The notes beneath the pieces are model-generated. The model searched no databases. It was given only the letters and a program-made list of their open reading frames with translations, and had not been told where the DNA came from. A program made the translations under genes and the position numbers. This document shows, piece by piece, positions 8,290 to 17,853 of a DNA stretch of 64,000 nucleotides (within the stretch, counting starts at the first letter, position 1; each line of letters begins with the position of its first letter). The DNA comes from Pyrinomonadaceae bacterium (lineage in GTDB: Bacteria > Acidobacteriota > Blastocatellia > Pyrinomonadales > Pyrinomonadaceae): assembly GCA_036392495.1 (NCBI GenBank), contig DASVXV010000163.1, positions 2,951-66,950 on the forward strand. The letters are read 5' to 3'.

Positions 8290-10224
8290 TTATGCCTTCT
8301 CCGAAAAACGCCTTGAGGAGACTGGGGCGAATCCGAGGTTACTTTGTTCCACACAACTTTTGACACGCGTATAAATGCCGTCGGCATCGAGGCCGTATTT
8401 GGCGAGCAGGAGCTTCGCGTCCCCATGTGTGACGAGGCGGTCGGGAATACCCATCCGAATGACTCTGACCTGATCGAGCAGGCCGTTCTCTTCCAAAAGC
8501 TCCATCACGGCCGAGCCGAAGCCGCCCGCAAGATAAGCTTCTTCGATTGTGACGATCAGACGCTTCGTGCGCGCCAGCGCCAGCAGCAAGCTGGCATCCA
8601 ACGGTTTGACGAAACGCGCGTTAACGACCGTCGTTTCGATTCCATCTTTTGACAAATTCTCGGCCGCCTGTAGCGACGGATGCACCATCGCCCCGTAGGC
8701 TACAATTGCCACGTCGCCGCCGCTATCGCGCAGGATTTCGCCCTTGCCTATTTCCAGGAGCTGCGGCTCGCGGCTGATGTCCACGCCGATACCATTCCCG
8801 CGCGGATAGCGTAGAGCCGCAGGCCCGTTGTGCTCGATTGCCGTCCACAGCATGTCGCGCAACTCCCCCTCGTCCTTCGGGGCCATCAAGATCATGTTCG
8901 GCATCGGCCTGAGATAAGCTATGTCCAGGAGCCCGTGATGCGTCGGCCCGTCAGGCCCGGCTACGCCCCCGCGGTCCAGAGCGAAGGTGACGTCCAGGTT
9001 CTGGATGCAGATGTCGTGCATCACCTGGTCGAAGCCGCGTTGCAGGAAAGTCGAATAGATCGCCGCGACTGGCTTCAAGCCTTCGCAGGCCATGCCGCCC
9101 GAGAACGTGACGGCGTGCTGCTCCGCTATCCCGACGTCAAACGCCCGCTCCGGAAATTTCTCCAGAACCGTATCCACGCCCGTCCCGTCTGGCATCGCCG
9201 CCGTCAGCGCGACGATACGCTCATCTTTCTCCATCAACTCACACATGGTCCTGCCAAAAACGGCGGTGTAAGTCGGAACTTTCGTGGACGACTTGATGGG
9301 TTTACCGGTTTTAATGTCGAAGGGCCCCGTGGCGTGCCAGGCGTAATAATTTTTTTCTAAGGCCGGATAGCCTTTGCCTTTGGTCGTCAGCGCGTGGACG
9401 ATGACGGGTCCATCCTTGACCTGCTGCGCCTCGCGCAGAGCGGCCACCAGAGCGCGCGGGTTGTGACCGTCAACATAGCCTATGTACTTGAAGCCGAGCT
9501 CGCTGGTCAGCGCGCCCGGCAAGACCGCGGCGGCGAGCGCGTCCTTGACCGTCTTGGCGGCTAGATGAAGGCGTTCGCCTAAGGCCGGAATCGAAAGCAG
9601 TGTTTCCCCCACCTCGTCCTTGAAGCGGTGATAACCTTGTGCCTGCCGCAGGCGGTTGAGATAGCCCGTGAGCGCGCCGACGGCGGGCGCGATAGACATC
9701 TCGTTGTCGTTCAAGAGCACGATCAGGCGCGTCTTCAAGTGCCCGGCCTGATTGATCGCCTCCATTGCCATGCCGCCGGCCAAGCTGGCGTCGCCGATGA
9801 CGGCGCAGACGTGGTGCTTCTCTTTTTTGCGATCACGCGCCACGGCCATCCCCAGCGCAGCAGAAATTGAAGTCGAAGCGTGTCCCGCGCCGAAGGTGTC
9901 GTACTCAGACTCGTCGCGCTTGAGAAATCCGCTGATCCCGCCGTACTGCTTGATTGTCGGCAAAGCGTCGCGCCGCCCCGTCAGGATTTTATGCGTGTAG
10001 GCCTGATGACCCACATCCCAAACAATGCGATCAGTCGGCGTGTCGAAAGCGTAATGCAACGCCACGGCCAATTCGACCGCGCCGAGGCTGGCCCCCGTGT
10101 GACCGCCCACGCGCGACATCGTTTCCAGAATGTACTCGCGAATCTCGTCAGCGACTGTCTGCAACTGTTGCGGCGCAAGGCGGCGCAAATCTGTGGGCGA
10201 GTTAATATCTTGTAGGAGTTTCAT
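8290..10224 (-). CDS. dxs: 1-deoxy-D-xylulose-5-phosphate synthase
   Basis: 644 aa, full-length match to the DXS pattern (GGHTGASLG, HQAYTHKILTGR, GDASLAGGMAMEA). Confidence 0.95.
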   Translation of the reverse strand: MKLLQDINSPTDLRRLAPQQLQTVADEIREYILETMSRVGGHTGASLGAVELAVALHYAFDTPTDRIVWDVGHQAYTHKILTGRRDALPTIKQYGGISGFLKRDESEYDTFGAGHASTSISAALGMAVARDRKKEKHHVCAVIGDASLAGGMAMEAINQAGHLKTRLIVLLNDNEMSIAPAVGALTGYLNRLRQAQGYHRFKDEVGETLLSIPALGERLHLAAKTVKDALAAAVLPGALTSELGFKYIGYVDGHNPRALVAALREAQQVKDGPVIVHALTTKGKGYPALEKNYYAWHATGPFDIKTGKPIKSSTKVPTYTAVFGRTMCELMEKDERIVALTAAMPDGTGVDTVLEKFPERAFDVGIAEQHAVTFSGGMACEGLKPVAAIYSTFLQRGFDQVMHDICIQNLDVTFALDRGGVAGPDGPTHHGLLDIAYLRPMPNMILMAPKDEGELRDMLWTAIEHNGPAALRYPRGNGIGVDISREPQLLEIGKGEILRDSGGDVAIVAYGAMVHPSLQAAENLSKDGIETTVVNARFVKPLDASLLLALARTKRLIVTIEEAYLAGGFGSAVMELLEENGLLDQVRVIRMGIPDRLVTHGDAKLLLAKYGLDADGIYTRVKSCVEQSNLGFAPVSSRRFSEKA

Positions 10225-10314
10225 TTCGGTTTCGTATTGTAGCGCGGGAACAGCGGTTTTGCCATCTCACGAAATATTCACAATTCGAGAGCATTTGCTT
10301 CTCCTTCAGCACAT

Positions 10315-10716
10315 TCAACGGTGTGTGAAATTTTCCAGAATGCCGTAGACAGTGATGGTCGCCAAAAGCAGCGAACTCAACACCACGACAGACACGTTCC
10401 AGCCATGCACCCTTTTATCAGGGCTGCTTAAGGTGACGTCGGCGTCCCCTCTGGCCTTGAGCCTGAAGATGGCGTACAGGTTCAAGGCCAGGGCTGCGAG
10501 CAACCCGCCAAAAAAGAGAAGCGGCGTGATGACCAGGTTGAGTATTCGTAGACGCAGCGGGTCCGCAAAGAAGACCGCGAGCGGATCAAAGAGCAGCCCC
10601 CAGCCGAAACCGTACTTCAAGGCGGCGGCGCTCACGAAGTACAAAGGGGGCAGGCTGAGAATGAGGCCGAGAACCGCCAGCCTTTTCGACGAAGACCGCT
10701 TCACAGATGCCCTCAT
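10315..10716 (-). CDS. hypothetical integral membrane protein
   Basis: 133 aa with 3-4 hydrophobic segments. Confidence 0.55.
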   Translation of the reverse strand: MRASVKRSSSKRLAVLGLILSLPPLYFVSAAALKYGFGWGLLFDPLAVFFADPLRLRILNLVITPLLFFGGLLAALALNLYAIFRLKARGDADVTLSSPDKRVHGWNVSVVVLSSLLLATITVYGILENFTHR

Positions 10717-11018
10717 AGCAAAACCTCCCGCGAATCTCTTTCAGATAACCTTAGATTTCTCTTCTTGCTTTGTCATATAAAGCGCTTTATACAGCCAAAC
10801 CAGGGAAGAGTCAATCGAATTCTGGCCGTTGAAGTCGGGCGGGCCCGTTTTCGGATCGCGCGCGAGATTAATTCAGACCGCGGGCGCCGGGCGCGCGTCT
10901 AAAGGGCTGAGGTTACGGATAGCGATTTAACCGAAAGGCGCGGGGCGCTGGGAAAACTCTTTGGACGCACGCGCAACTCATAATTCAATCAGAATCCATT
11001 CAAGGAGTAGCGGAAATA

Positions 11019-11540
11019 ATGTCTTCGCAAAGAAAACTGAGGGGCACGAGCCTGTTGCTCGGCCTCATCTTCATCCTGAGCACGGCTGCCTTTGCGCAGC
11101 AATCGTCTCCTGCCCCACAGCAGGAAGGCGGGACACAGCAACAACCACTGGGGCGCAGAAAAGGGATGCGTCACGGTCCGGGCAAAAGAGGTCACGGCGG
11201 AGTCCTCAGACTGATGAGCCGGCTCAACCTGACGGACGCCCAGCAACAGCAGCTTCGCGCCATCGAAGAGCGCTTCGAGGCGAGCATTAAGCCTCAGCGC
11301 GAGGAGATGCGCAGGCTTTTTGAGAGCAGTCAGGGCACGCCATTGAGCGCCGACGCGGAAGCTCGCGCTCGCGCCCTGCGCGCAGAGATGGGCCAAGCCA
11401 TGCGTGGGATGCGCGAGGAGATGCAAAACGTCCTGACATCCGAGCAGCGCGCGCAGCTTGAGCAACTCGTCAAAGAGCGCAAAGCCTTACACCAGGAGAG
11501 GCGTGGCCGTCGGCTGAACCGGCAGAACGACGATCAGTAG
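11019..11540 (+). CDS. Spy/CpxP-family periplasmic protein (LTxxQ repeats)
   Basis: Signal peptide plus LNLTDAQQQQL and LTSEQRAQL motifs. Confidence 0.7.
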   Translation: MSSQRKLRGTSLLLGLIFILSTAAFAQQSSPAPQQEGGTQQQPLGRRKGMRHGPGKRGHGGVLRLMSRLNLTDAQQQQLRAIEERFEASIKPQREEMRRLFESSQGTPLSADAEARARALRAEMGQAMRGMREEMQNVLTSEQRAQLEQLVKERKALHQERRGRRLNRQNDDQ

Positions 11541-11627
11541 AAAACTGCCATCATCAGCTTAAATCAGAAGCGGCATGGAAGGAGTTCACTTCCATGCCGC
11601 TTCTCTTCACCAACACCCCTCCGGTTC

Positions 11628-12053
11628 TTACCTTTTCTCAAAGCCTTCGACGAACTCACGTAACCGGTCCTCTATCTCGTCCCGCACGCGGCGAAAGACC
11701 ATTAGACGTGCCTCTTCATTCCCTGCTGCCGTCGCAGGGTCTTCAAAGCTCCAGTGAATGCGCTCAGTCTTTCCAGGAAAGACCGGGCACCTGTCGCGCG
11801 CGTTGTCGCAGACAGTAATCACGTAATCGAACTCCTGCCCCGCAAACTCGTCCACGGATTTCGAGCGGTGGCCCGAAATATCTATACCTCGCTCGCGCAT
11901 CGCTTCGATGGCCTGGGAACGAACATGGCTCGGCTCAACGCCCGCGCTCAAGACTTCAAAGCGCTCACCAGCCATGTGGCGCAACAAGCCCTCAGCCATC
12001 TGGCTGCGCGCGGAGTTTCCAGTGCAGAGGATCAGCACGCGCTTTTTCTTCAT
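11628..12053 (-). CDS. arsC: arsenate reductase, LMW-PTP (thioredoxin-coupled) type
   Basis: MKKKRVLILCTGNSARSQMAEG (CX5R P-loop). True ATG at 12053; the track ORF to 12341 is over-extended. Confidence 0.9.
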   Translation of the reverse strand: MKKKRVLILCTGNSARSQMAEGLLRHMAGERFEVLSAGVEPSHVRSQAIEAMRERGIDISGHRSKSVDEFAGQEFDYVITVCDNARDRCPVFPGKTERIHWSFEDPATAAGNEEARLMVFRRVRDEIEDRLREFVEGFEKR

Positions 12054-12763
12054 TTGTTTTCTCTCTTTCCCTCGTGCGGCATGACGACCGCCGACGCTTC
12101 TTTCGGTAACCGTGGAACGAGCCAGCGAAAGAGCGCCGTCGCAGCCGCCGCACCCGCAAGTTGCGCTATGATGAAGGCGGGCGCGTCCGCTGGCCTGATT
12201 CCAGCGAAAGTATCGCTCATCGTGCGTGCCAGAGTCACAGCAGGATTGGCAAACGAAGTTGATGAAGTGAACCAGTAGGCCGCCACTATGTACGCGGCGA
12301 CGGCGAAAGGTACTATTGATGCTCGTTGGCGTCGCGCGCATCCCCAGATCACAGCCAACAACCCGAACGTGGCGACAAACTCGCTCAACAGTTGAGAGGG
12401 GCCTGCGCGCACACGCTTTGACGCGAAGAAGATCGGCAACTCGAACATCAGATTCGCGCAGGCCACGCCGACAAATGCGCCTATAACCTGCGCGCCTACG
12501 TATGCTGGCACATCGCTCCAGGGAAGGCCGCCCTGCGAAGCGTCCGCCAATGTCACGGCCGGATTGAAATGCGCGCCCGAAATCGGCCCGAAGGTGAGAA
12601 TCAGGGCGCAGAGCGCAGCGCCGGTGGCAATCGTGTTAGCCAGTAAAGCTATTGCGACATTGCCACCGGCGAGCCGCTCGCCCATGATCCCGGAGCCGAC
12701 GACCGCAGCCAGCAGCATCATTGTCCCTAAGGCTTCTGCGGTCGCGCGCCGCGCCAGATCCAT
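12050..12763 (-). CDS. MIP/aquaporin family channel (AqpS-like, arsenic-locus associated)
   Basis: Two NPA boxes (HFNPAVT, FANPAVT). Overlaps the arsC start by 4 nt. Confidence 0.88.
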   Translation of the reverse strand: MDLARRATAEALGTMMLLAAVVGSGIMGERLAGGNVAIALLANTIATGAALCALILTFGPISGAHFNPAVTLADASQGGLPWSDVPAYVGAQVIGAFVGVACANLMFELPIFFASKRVRAGPSQLLSEFVATFGLLAVIWGCARRQRASIVPFAVAAYIVAAYWFTSSTSFANPAVTLARTMSDTFAGIRPADAPAFIIAQLAGAAAATALFRWLVPRLPKEASAVVMPHEGKRENK

Positions 12764-12797
12764 CTCCCTTTTCTCTTTCGACGGGAAAGTTCAATAC

Positions 12798-13322
12798 TTA
12801 TGGCGTGACTGAGACGGGCGCGGTCGCCCCGCAACAGGACGCGGCCACTCCGGCTGTCTCCACGGCTTCCGCGATTTCAGTTTCCGCCACCTTCGTCCCG
12901 CACTCGCAGGGCGCGGTCTCTGGCAGGTTGTCTTCCAGGACCACGAAGACCTCCCACTCGTTGCCGTCCGGGTCACGCACCCAGGTCTTGTCCTGCACGG
13001 CATAGCAGCAGTTGGTCTGCATCTCGTCGCGCGTCTTGAGGCCAGACTCCATCCACTTCTGACGAGTCCTTAGCACATCCTCCGTGGAGGCGACCTGAAT
13101 CCCCAGGTGCGAGAGCGCGCCTCGCTCTCCGAACGGGACTTCGTTGAGCGTTAAGTTGAGCGGCGGGTTCTCGACATTAAACTTGGTGTACCCGTTGCGC
13201 ACCTTGCTCGGCTCAATCCCCAACATCTTCCTGTAAAACTCCGTGCTGCGCTCGACGTCACGGACATTCAAGGCCAGATGCGCCTTCAGCGCCTGCACCG
13301 TTTTTGCCTCTGTCTTCTCCAT
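12798..13322 (-). CDS. arsI: ArsI/CadI-family VOC metalloenzyme (putative C-As lyase)
   Basis: Glyoxalase/VOC fold with vicinal cysteines (QTNCCYAVQDK) and a Cys-rich tail. ATG at 13322 after GAGGAG. Confidence 0.8.
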   Translation of the reverse strand: MEKTEAKTVQALKAHLALNVRDVERSTEFYRKMLGIEPSKVRNGYTKFNVENPPLNLTLNEVPFGERGALSHLGIQVASTEDVLRTRQKWMESGLKTRDEMQTNCCYAVQDKTWVRDPDGNEWEVFVVLEDNLPETAPCECGTKVAETEIAEAVETAGVAASCCGATAPVSVTP

Positions 13323-13351
13323 TTCGAATCTCCTCAAACCGACCGATTTTT

Positions 13352-13373
13352 CATATTCGTTAAAGCGAATATG
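13352..13373. promoter_or_regulatory. candidate ArsR operator palindrome
   Basis: catattcg-ttaaag-cgaatatg (8-bp perfect arms) in the divergent arsI/arsR intergenic region. Confidence 0.4.
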
Positions 13374-13426
13374 AGCACACAATACACCTGCCAGACATAT
13401 CTGTCAAGGCATATTTGTTCCAGGTG

Positions 13427-13435
13427 TGCTAGAAT
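13427..13435 (+). promoter_or_regulatory. extended -10 element (TGcTAGAAT) implying a leaderless arsR mRNA
   Basis: TAGAAT ends 6 nt before the arsR ATG (13442). No SD and no good -35. Confidence 0.35.
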
Positions 13436-13441
13436 GCGCGC

Positions 13442-13843
13442 ATGAGTCGAGCTAAGGGCACTTTTGGCGATGAGCTGCTGTTTTTTCGTGCGCTGGCGGA
13501 TCACACGCGGCTGCGGCTTCTCAATCTGATGGGCGAGACGGAGGTCTGCGTCTGCTTCTTCGTAGCGGTCCTGGGGATTAATCAGCCGAAGATTTCTCGC
13601 CATCTGGCTTACCTGCGACGCGCAGGGATGGTCGCCGTCAGGCGCGAAGGCAAGTGGATGCACTACCGCATCACAGAGCCCGCTGCGCCGCACGCGGCGC
13701 GAATCTTCAGCGAGGTGCGCGCCTGGCTCAAAGAGGATGCGGACATGCGGCGCGACCGCGAGCGCCTGATCAAAGTCTGCTGCGCGCCGCAGCCGCCCGT
13801 CCAACTGCGCGGAGCGCCACGACCCGTGAGTCTCTCGGTCTAA
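13442..13843 (+). CDS. arsR: ArsR/SmtB family metalloregulator
   Basis: ALADHTRLRLLNLM...EVCVCFF...NQPKISRHLAYLRRAG winged HTH with a CVC metal site. Confidence 0.9.
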   Translation: MSRAKGTFGDELLFFRALADHTRLRLLNLMGETEVCVCFFVAVLGINQPKISRHLAYLRRAGMVAVRREGKWMHYRITEPAAPHAARIFSEVRAWLKEDADMRRDRERLIKVCCAPQPPVQLRGAPRPVSLSV

Positions 13844-13862
13844 ACCCCCGGGGTTTTGCGCC

Positions 13863-13890
13863 TTGACAATCTCGCCTCGCAGATTAGAAT
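13863..13890 (+). promoter_or_regulatory. sigma70-like promoter for tRNA-Ser
   Basis: TTGACA (13863-13868), 16 nt, TAGAAT (13885-13890). The tRNA starts at 13909. Confidence 0.5.
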
Positions 13891-13908
13891 AACTCTTCGC
13901 ACGCTCGC

Positions 13909-13999
13909 GGAGATGTGGCCGAGTGGCTGAAGGCGGCGGTTTGCTAAACCGTTATGGGTCAAAAGCCCATCACAGGTTCGAATCCTGTCATCTCCGCCA
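13909..13999 (+). tRNA. tRNA-Ser (anticodon GCU), encoded CCA
   Basis: Acceptor GGAGATG/CATCTCC, anticodon stem GCGGT/ACCGT with loop TTGCTAA, long variable arm, T-arm ACAGG-TTCGAAT-CCTGT, then GCCA. Confidence 0.92.
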
Positions 14000-14007
14000 G
14001 AATTTGA

Positions 14008-14080
14008 AACGATGAACGCGGAACGATGAACGATGAATGTGGGATTAGAATTCATCGCTCATCGTTCCGCGTTCATCATT
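14008..14080. repeat. heptad-stem hairpin (GAACGAT units), 31-bp stem with 2 mismatches
   Basis: aacgatgaacgcggaacgatgaacgatgaat / gtgggattaga / attcatcgctcatcgttccgcgttcatcatt, between tRNA-Ser and gltX. Confidence 0.9.
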
Positions 14081-14088
14081 AGAAGAAC

Positions 14089-15657
14089 ATGTCTATTCGC
14101 GTCCGCTTCGCACCGTCACCGACGGGTTACCTGCACATCGGCTCGGCCCGCTCAGCGCTCTTTAACTGGCTGTATGCGCGTAAAACCGGGGGTCTCTTTC
14201 TGCTCCGCATTGAAGACACGGACTTGCAGCGCTCGACCGAAGCCTCCACGCGCTCGATCATAGAGGGCCTGGAATGGCTCGGCCTGAACTACGACGAGGA
14301 GATAGTCTTTCAGTCCGACAACGCGCCCAAGCATCGCGCGGCTGCGCTCAAACTCATGGAGGAGGGCAAAGCCTATCGCGATTTCACGCCGAAAGAGGAG
14401 CGCGCCGACGCAACCATCAAAGAGGGCATAGCCGAGCGGGCGCGCGCTCAGGCAGCCGAAGGCGGACAGGACCATAGAAGCAATCCCTACCGTGATCTTC
14501 CGAAAGAAGAGTCAGACCGTCGCGCCGCGGCGGGTGAGCCTTTCGCCGTTCGCCTGAAAGTTGCTCGCGAAGGCAAGACACACTTCGAAGACGCTGTCTA
14601 CGGCACGCAGGAGCGCGACTACGCGGAGATCGAAGACCTCGTCCTGCTGCGCTCGGACGGCCATCCTCTCTACAACCTCTCGGTAGTTCTTGACGACATC
14701 GAGATGCAGATTACGGACGTGATTCGCGGCCAGGACCATCTGACGAATACGCACAAGCAGATTCTTCTCTACGAGGCTCTGGGCGCAACTCCCCCGCGCT
14801 TCGCGCACCTGCCTCTGATACTCGCGCCGAACAAAGGCAAGCTCTCCAAGCGCAAGCACGGCGAGGTCGTCAGCCTCACCACTTATCGTGACCGAGGGTT
14901 CGTGCCCGCGGCGTTCCGCAATTTCCTGGCGCTTTTAGGCTGGTCGCCGGACACTACGCAGTACCCTGCCCAGATAGTTAGCGACCATAATGCGGTTGAA
15001 CTGAATCCCGATCCTAAAACCGAGATTTTTTCTCTCGAAGAATTGAAGAGCTTATTCTCGCTTGAGCGGATTCACAAATCGAACGCCGTCTTCAATTTCA
15101 GCGAGACAGATCCGCGACAGTGGACGGACGCTAAAGCGCTCTGGATGAACGCCGAGTACATTCGGACGATGCCGCTCGACGAATTGACCCCGATGGTGAA
15201 AGCGGAGCTTCGCGCCAACAGGCTCTGGCGCGAGGAATACGAGGAAGAAGAGCGCGTGTGGTTCGAGAAGACCGTTGACCTGATTCGCCAGCGATTCTTT
15301 ACGCTCAAGGATTTTTCGGCGCAGGGGCGCGCCTATTTCTCGGACGACTTCGATTTCGACGACGCGGCCGTTAAAAAGAACCTGCTCAAGGAGCCACGCC
15401 TGAAAGAACTGCTGCCCGCGCTGGCCGACAGGCTTGAGGAGGTCGAGCCCTTTAATGCCGAGACGAGTGAGGTTGCGCTGCGTGCCTTCAGTGAGGAAGT
15501 CGGCGTTAAGGCTGGCCTTTTAATCAATGCCTCGCGCACAATGCTCACGGGCCAGTCGGTCGGCCCCTCCATGTTCGAGGTCTTCGACGTCATCGGGCGG
15601 GAGCGCTCCGTGCAGCGGCTCCGCAGCCAGGTGCCCTGGGCCGGAACTGAATCATGA
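14089..15657 (+). CDS. gltX: glutamate--tRNA ligase
   Basis: PSPTGYLHIGSAR (HIGH) and KLSKRK (KMSKS) motifs, 522 aa. Confidence 0.95.
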   Translation: MSIRVRFAPSPTGYLHIGSARSALFNWLYARKTGGLFLLRIEDTDLQRSTEASTRSIIEGLEWLGLNYDEEIVFQSDNAPKHRAAALKLMEEGKAYRDFTPKEERADATIKEGIAERARAQAAEGGQDHRSNPYRDLPKEESDRRAAAGEPFAVRLKVAREGKTHFEDAVYGTQERDYAEIEDLVLLRSDGHPLYNLSVVLDDIEMQITDVIRGQDHLTNTHKQILLYEALGATPPRFAHLPLILAPNKGKLSKRKHGEVVSLTTYRDRGFVPAAFRNFLALLGWSPDTTQYPAQIVSDHNAVELNPDPKTEIFSLEELKSLFSLERIHKSNAVFNFSETDPRQWTDAKALWMNAEYIRTMPLDELTPMVKAELRANRLWREEYEEEERVWFEKTVDLIRQRFFTLKDFSAQGRAYFSDDFDFDDAAVKKNLLKEPRLKELLPALADRLEEVEPFNAETSEVALRAFSEEVGVKAGLLINASRTMLTGQSVGPSMFEVFDVIGRERSVQRLRSQVPWAGTES

Positions 15658-15689
15658 GTTCGTACTAATTTTGTTTGAGGAGCACAGCA

Positions 15690-16340
15690 ATGCTGAAAAG
15701 ATCTTTCTTCATCATCACGCTCTCCTGCGTTTTCGCCGCAGCGGGTCTCGCGCAAAACTCCAATTCATCCGAGACTACGCGCCAGCGCACGTCAACCCCG
15801 AAGACTACCGCTCAGGGCACCGGCACGCCGCAAGCTGAGCCAACGCCGACGCCGCGCGCTGGGAACCGTGGCCGCGCGGGCAATCCGACGGCGAAAGACG
15901 TGCTCGCGGCCTTCAACACTTTGCTCGAAGGAATCCGCCATGCGGACATCGGCGCCGTCACGGGCGTTTACTGGAACTCGCCCCAACTGGTTCTCTTCAA
16001 CAACAACGGCACGGTCACGAAGGGCTGGGAGCAGATGCGTCTTAACCGCGAGAGCTCTTACCCGAACTTAAAGGACGTGAATCTTGAGGTGCGCGACATA
16101 CGCGTGCAGATGCTCGGGCGCGACGGCGCGGTCGTCACCTGTCTCTGGACGCAATCGCAAACTTACAAGGGCACGCCCGAGACGGCGACGGGTCGGATGA
16201 CGCTCGTTTTTCGTCGCGTCGGCACAGCCTGGAAAGCGGTCCACCTGCACACGTCTCCAGACGCCCCGGACCCCTCGCGCGTGCTTCCTTCGGAACAGAC
16301 GACGCCGACGCCCAAGCCGACACCGAAAGCTACCCCGTAA
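15690..16340 (+). CDS. secreted NTF2-like (DUF4440/SnoaL-like) protein
   Basis: ATG at 15690 after GAGGAG. Signal peptide, Thr/Pro-rich linker, then an NTF2-like core (VTCLWTQ...MTLVFRRVGTAWKAVHLHTS). Confidence 0.65.
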   Translation: MLKRSFFIITLSCVFAAAGLAQNSNSSETTRQRTSTPKTTAQGTGTPQAEPTPTPRAGNRGRAGNPTAKDVLAAFNTLLEGIRHADIGAVTGVYWNSPQLVLFNNNGTVTKGWEQMRLNRESSYPNLKDVNLEVRDIRVQMLGRDGAVVTCLWTQSQTYKGTPETATGRMTLVFRRVGTAWKAVHLHTSPDAPDPSRVLPSEQTTPTPKPTPKATP

Positions 16341-16461
16341 GGCAAGCGCACACAATTTGACGCCCCTTTGATTTTGAAGACGGCAAGCGCGACGGCAAGT
16401 CAGTGAAGGGACGAGCCGGCCGTCGTACTCTCAGACACAACTATTCGGAAAGGTAGCGAAC

Positions 16462-17031
16462 ATGGACCTAATGAAAGAGCTCGGCGGACTTTTGCAACAA
16501 TACGACGGGGCGCAGCCCGGCCAGGCGCCCGACACTGTTGACGACGACTTTGATCAGGTGGCGCAAGTGGCGCCGCAACCGGCCCTCGCCGACGGGCTGT
16601 CGGCCGCTTTTCGTTCCGACCAGACGCCGGAGTTCGGTCAGATGACCGCCAACCTCTTCGGCAATTCTGATCCGCAACAACGGGCGGGCCTGCTGAACAC
16701 GCTGCTCAAAAGCGTCGGTCCGGGGATTCTCTCGAAAATTCTGTCGGGCGGTGGCGCGGGCGGCGGCAGTAGCAGCGGGGGCGGAGGCGGTCTCTCGGAC
16801 CTCATCAACATCTTCAAAGGCGGCCAGCAACAGGTATCGCCCGAAGAGGCCGAACAGATTCCGCCGGAGACGGTCGGGCAGGTCGCCAACCAGGCAGAGA
16901 AGCATGACCCTTCGATCATTGACACGATCAGCAACTTCTACGCGGAGCATCCGACGCTCGTCAAAACGCTCGGCACGGCGGCTCTGACCATAGCCTTATC
17001 CAAGATCGCCCAGAAACAGTTCGGTAAGTAA
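16462..17031 (+). CDS. hypothetical protein with central Gly/Ser-rich linker
   Basis: 189-aa ORF with GC3-rich codon usage like its neighbours. No family recognised. Confidence 0.55.
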   Translation: MDLMKELGGLLQQYDGAQPGQAPDTVDDDFDQVAQVAPQPALADGLSAAFRSDQTPEFGQMTANLFGNSDPQQRAGLLNTLLKSVGPGILSKILSGGGAGGGSSSGGGGGLSDLINIFKGGQQQVSPEEAEQIPPETVGQVANQAEKHDPSIIDTISNFYAEHPTLVKTLGTAALTIALSKIAQKQFGK

Positions 17032-17035
17032 TAGC

Positions 17036-17114
17036 GCGTAAATCGTAAATCGTGAATCGTAAATGGATGAAGACCGCTTTTCTCTATTTACGATTCACGA
17101 TTTACGATTTACGC
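17036..17114. repeat. heptad-stem hairpin, family A, 29-bp perfect stem
   Basis: gcgtaaatcgtaaatcgtgaatcgtaaat / ggatgaagaccgcttttctct / exact reverse complement, between convergent genes. Confidence 0.95.
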
Positions 17115-17510
17115 ACTAAACGATTGCAGGTATTCAGTAAAGCGCGCGCGGTCTTCATCGCTGATTCTTGTGATGCGCGCGCCTATCAGGGTGCGCGCTC
17201 CCGCAGGCGAGCCGCCCTCGTTGATCTGCTCGTAGCGCGCGGGCGTGACCTCTAATTCGACCGGCCCGGCCGGAAGCGTCAACACGAGTTGCAGCGTATA
17301 TCCCTGCCCCAGGCTGGAGAGCATGCTCGCGTTTTTGGCCGCTACCACCAGGGCCACGCCCGTTTCGCTGATGTCGCGCGTGTAGCCCATCAGTGGCAGC
17401 GTATGCTCCGCGCCTCCGGAATCTATCTTCGTGACCATGAGCAGCACTCTGAACTCCACATTGACTCTGCGTCTCGGAGTTGCCCGCCGCTCTTCTGTAG
17501 GTTCCCACAT
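17109..17510 (-). CDS. PilZ domain protein
   Basis: RRRVN (RxxxR) and DISETGVAL (D/NxSxxG) c-di-GMP-binding motifs. Confidence 0.75.
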   Translation of the reverse strand: MWEPTEERRATPRRRVNVEFRVLLMVTKIDSGGAEHTLPLMGYTRDISETGVALVVAAKNASMLSSLGQGYTLQLVLTLPAGPVELEVTPARYEQINEGGSPAGARTLIGARITRISDEDRARFTEYLQSFSA

Positions 17511-17627
17511 TGGAGTTAAGCAGCGTTTGCCGCCGCTTGCGATGAATGGCTTAAGGAGCGAGGACGTGAAAGAAGCGAGGCATCAAAGGCGTTTTTGCGT
17601 TCAGGACCTTTGACGCCCGCCGGTTCT

Positions 17628-17669
17628 TAAAGAGAAAGGCCACTCACAGCATAATTATGAGCGGCCTTT
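17628..17669 (-). terminator. intrinsic terminator (minus strand)
   Basis: Minus strand reads AAAGGCCGCUCA-loop-UGAGUGGCCUUU followed by CUCUUUAAG. Confidence 0.55.
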
Positions 17670-17847
17670 CCGGTGTACTGCTGGGATTGCCCTGCGTGCC
17701 GTTCGTGCGCCATTTGACAGGCGCGACTCACGATACTACCGGACGAAAATCCTGATGCATCCTGACTCTCTATCCGGTCTTCAGGACTCAGCCACCTCAC
17801 TGTGATTAGAACTCATAATTTTTAGGATCACCTCCTTCCCAGTGTTG
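17628..17847 (-). ncRNA. candidate ~220-nt small RNA or leader-peptide transcript carrying a 13-nt perfect anti-16S-3'-end sequence
   Basis: Promoter TTGACG-17-TATTAT at 17882-17854. The RNA contains AAGGAGGUGAUCC (complement of 17825-17837) followed by an 11-codon mini-ORF (MSSNHSEVAES, 17816..17781) and ends at the terminator 17669-17628. Confidence 0.35.
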
Positions 17848-17853
17848 GGCCGC

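Noticed and set aside
17825-17837. 16S rRNA gene fragment (GGATCACCTCCTT)
   Set aside because: Only 13 nt match and the flanking sequence has no rRNA character. I interpret it as the complement of an extended SD on the minus strand.
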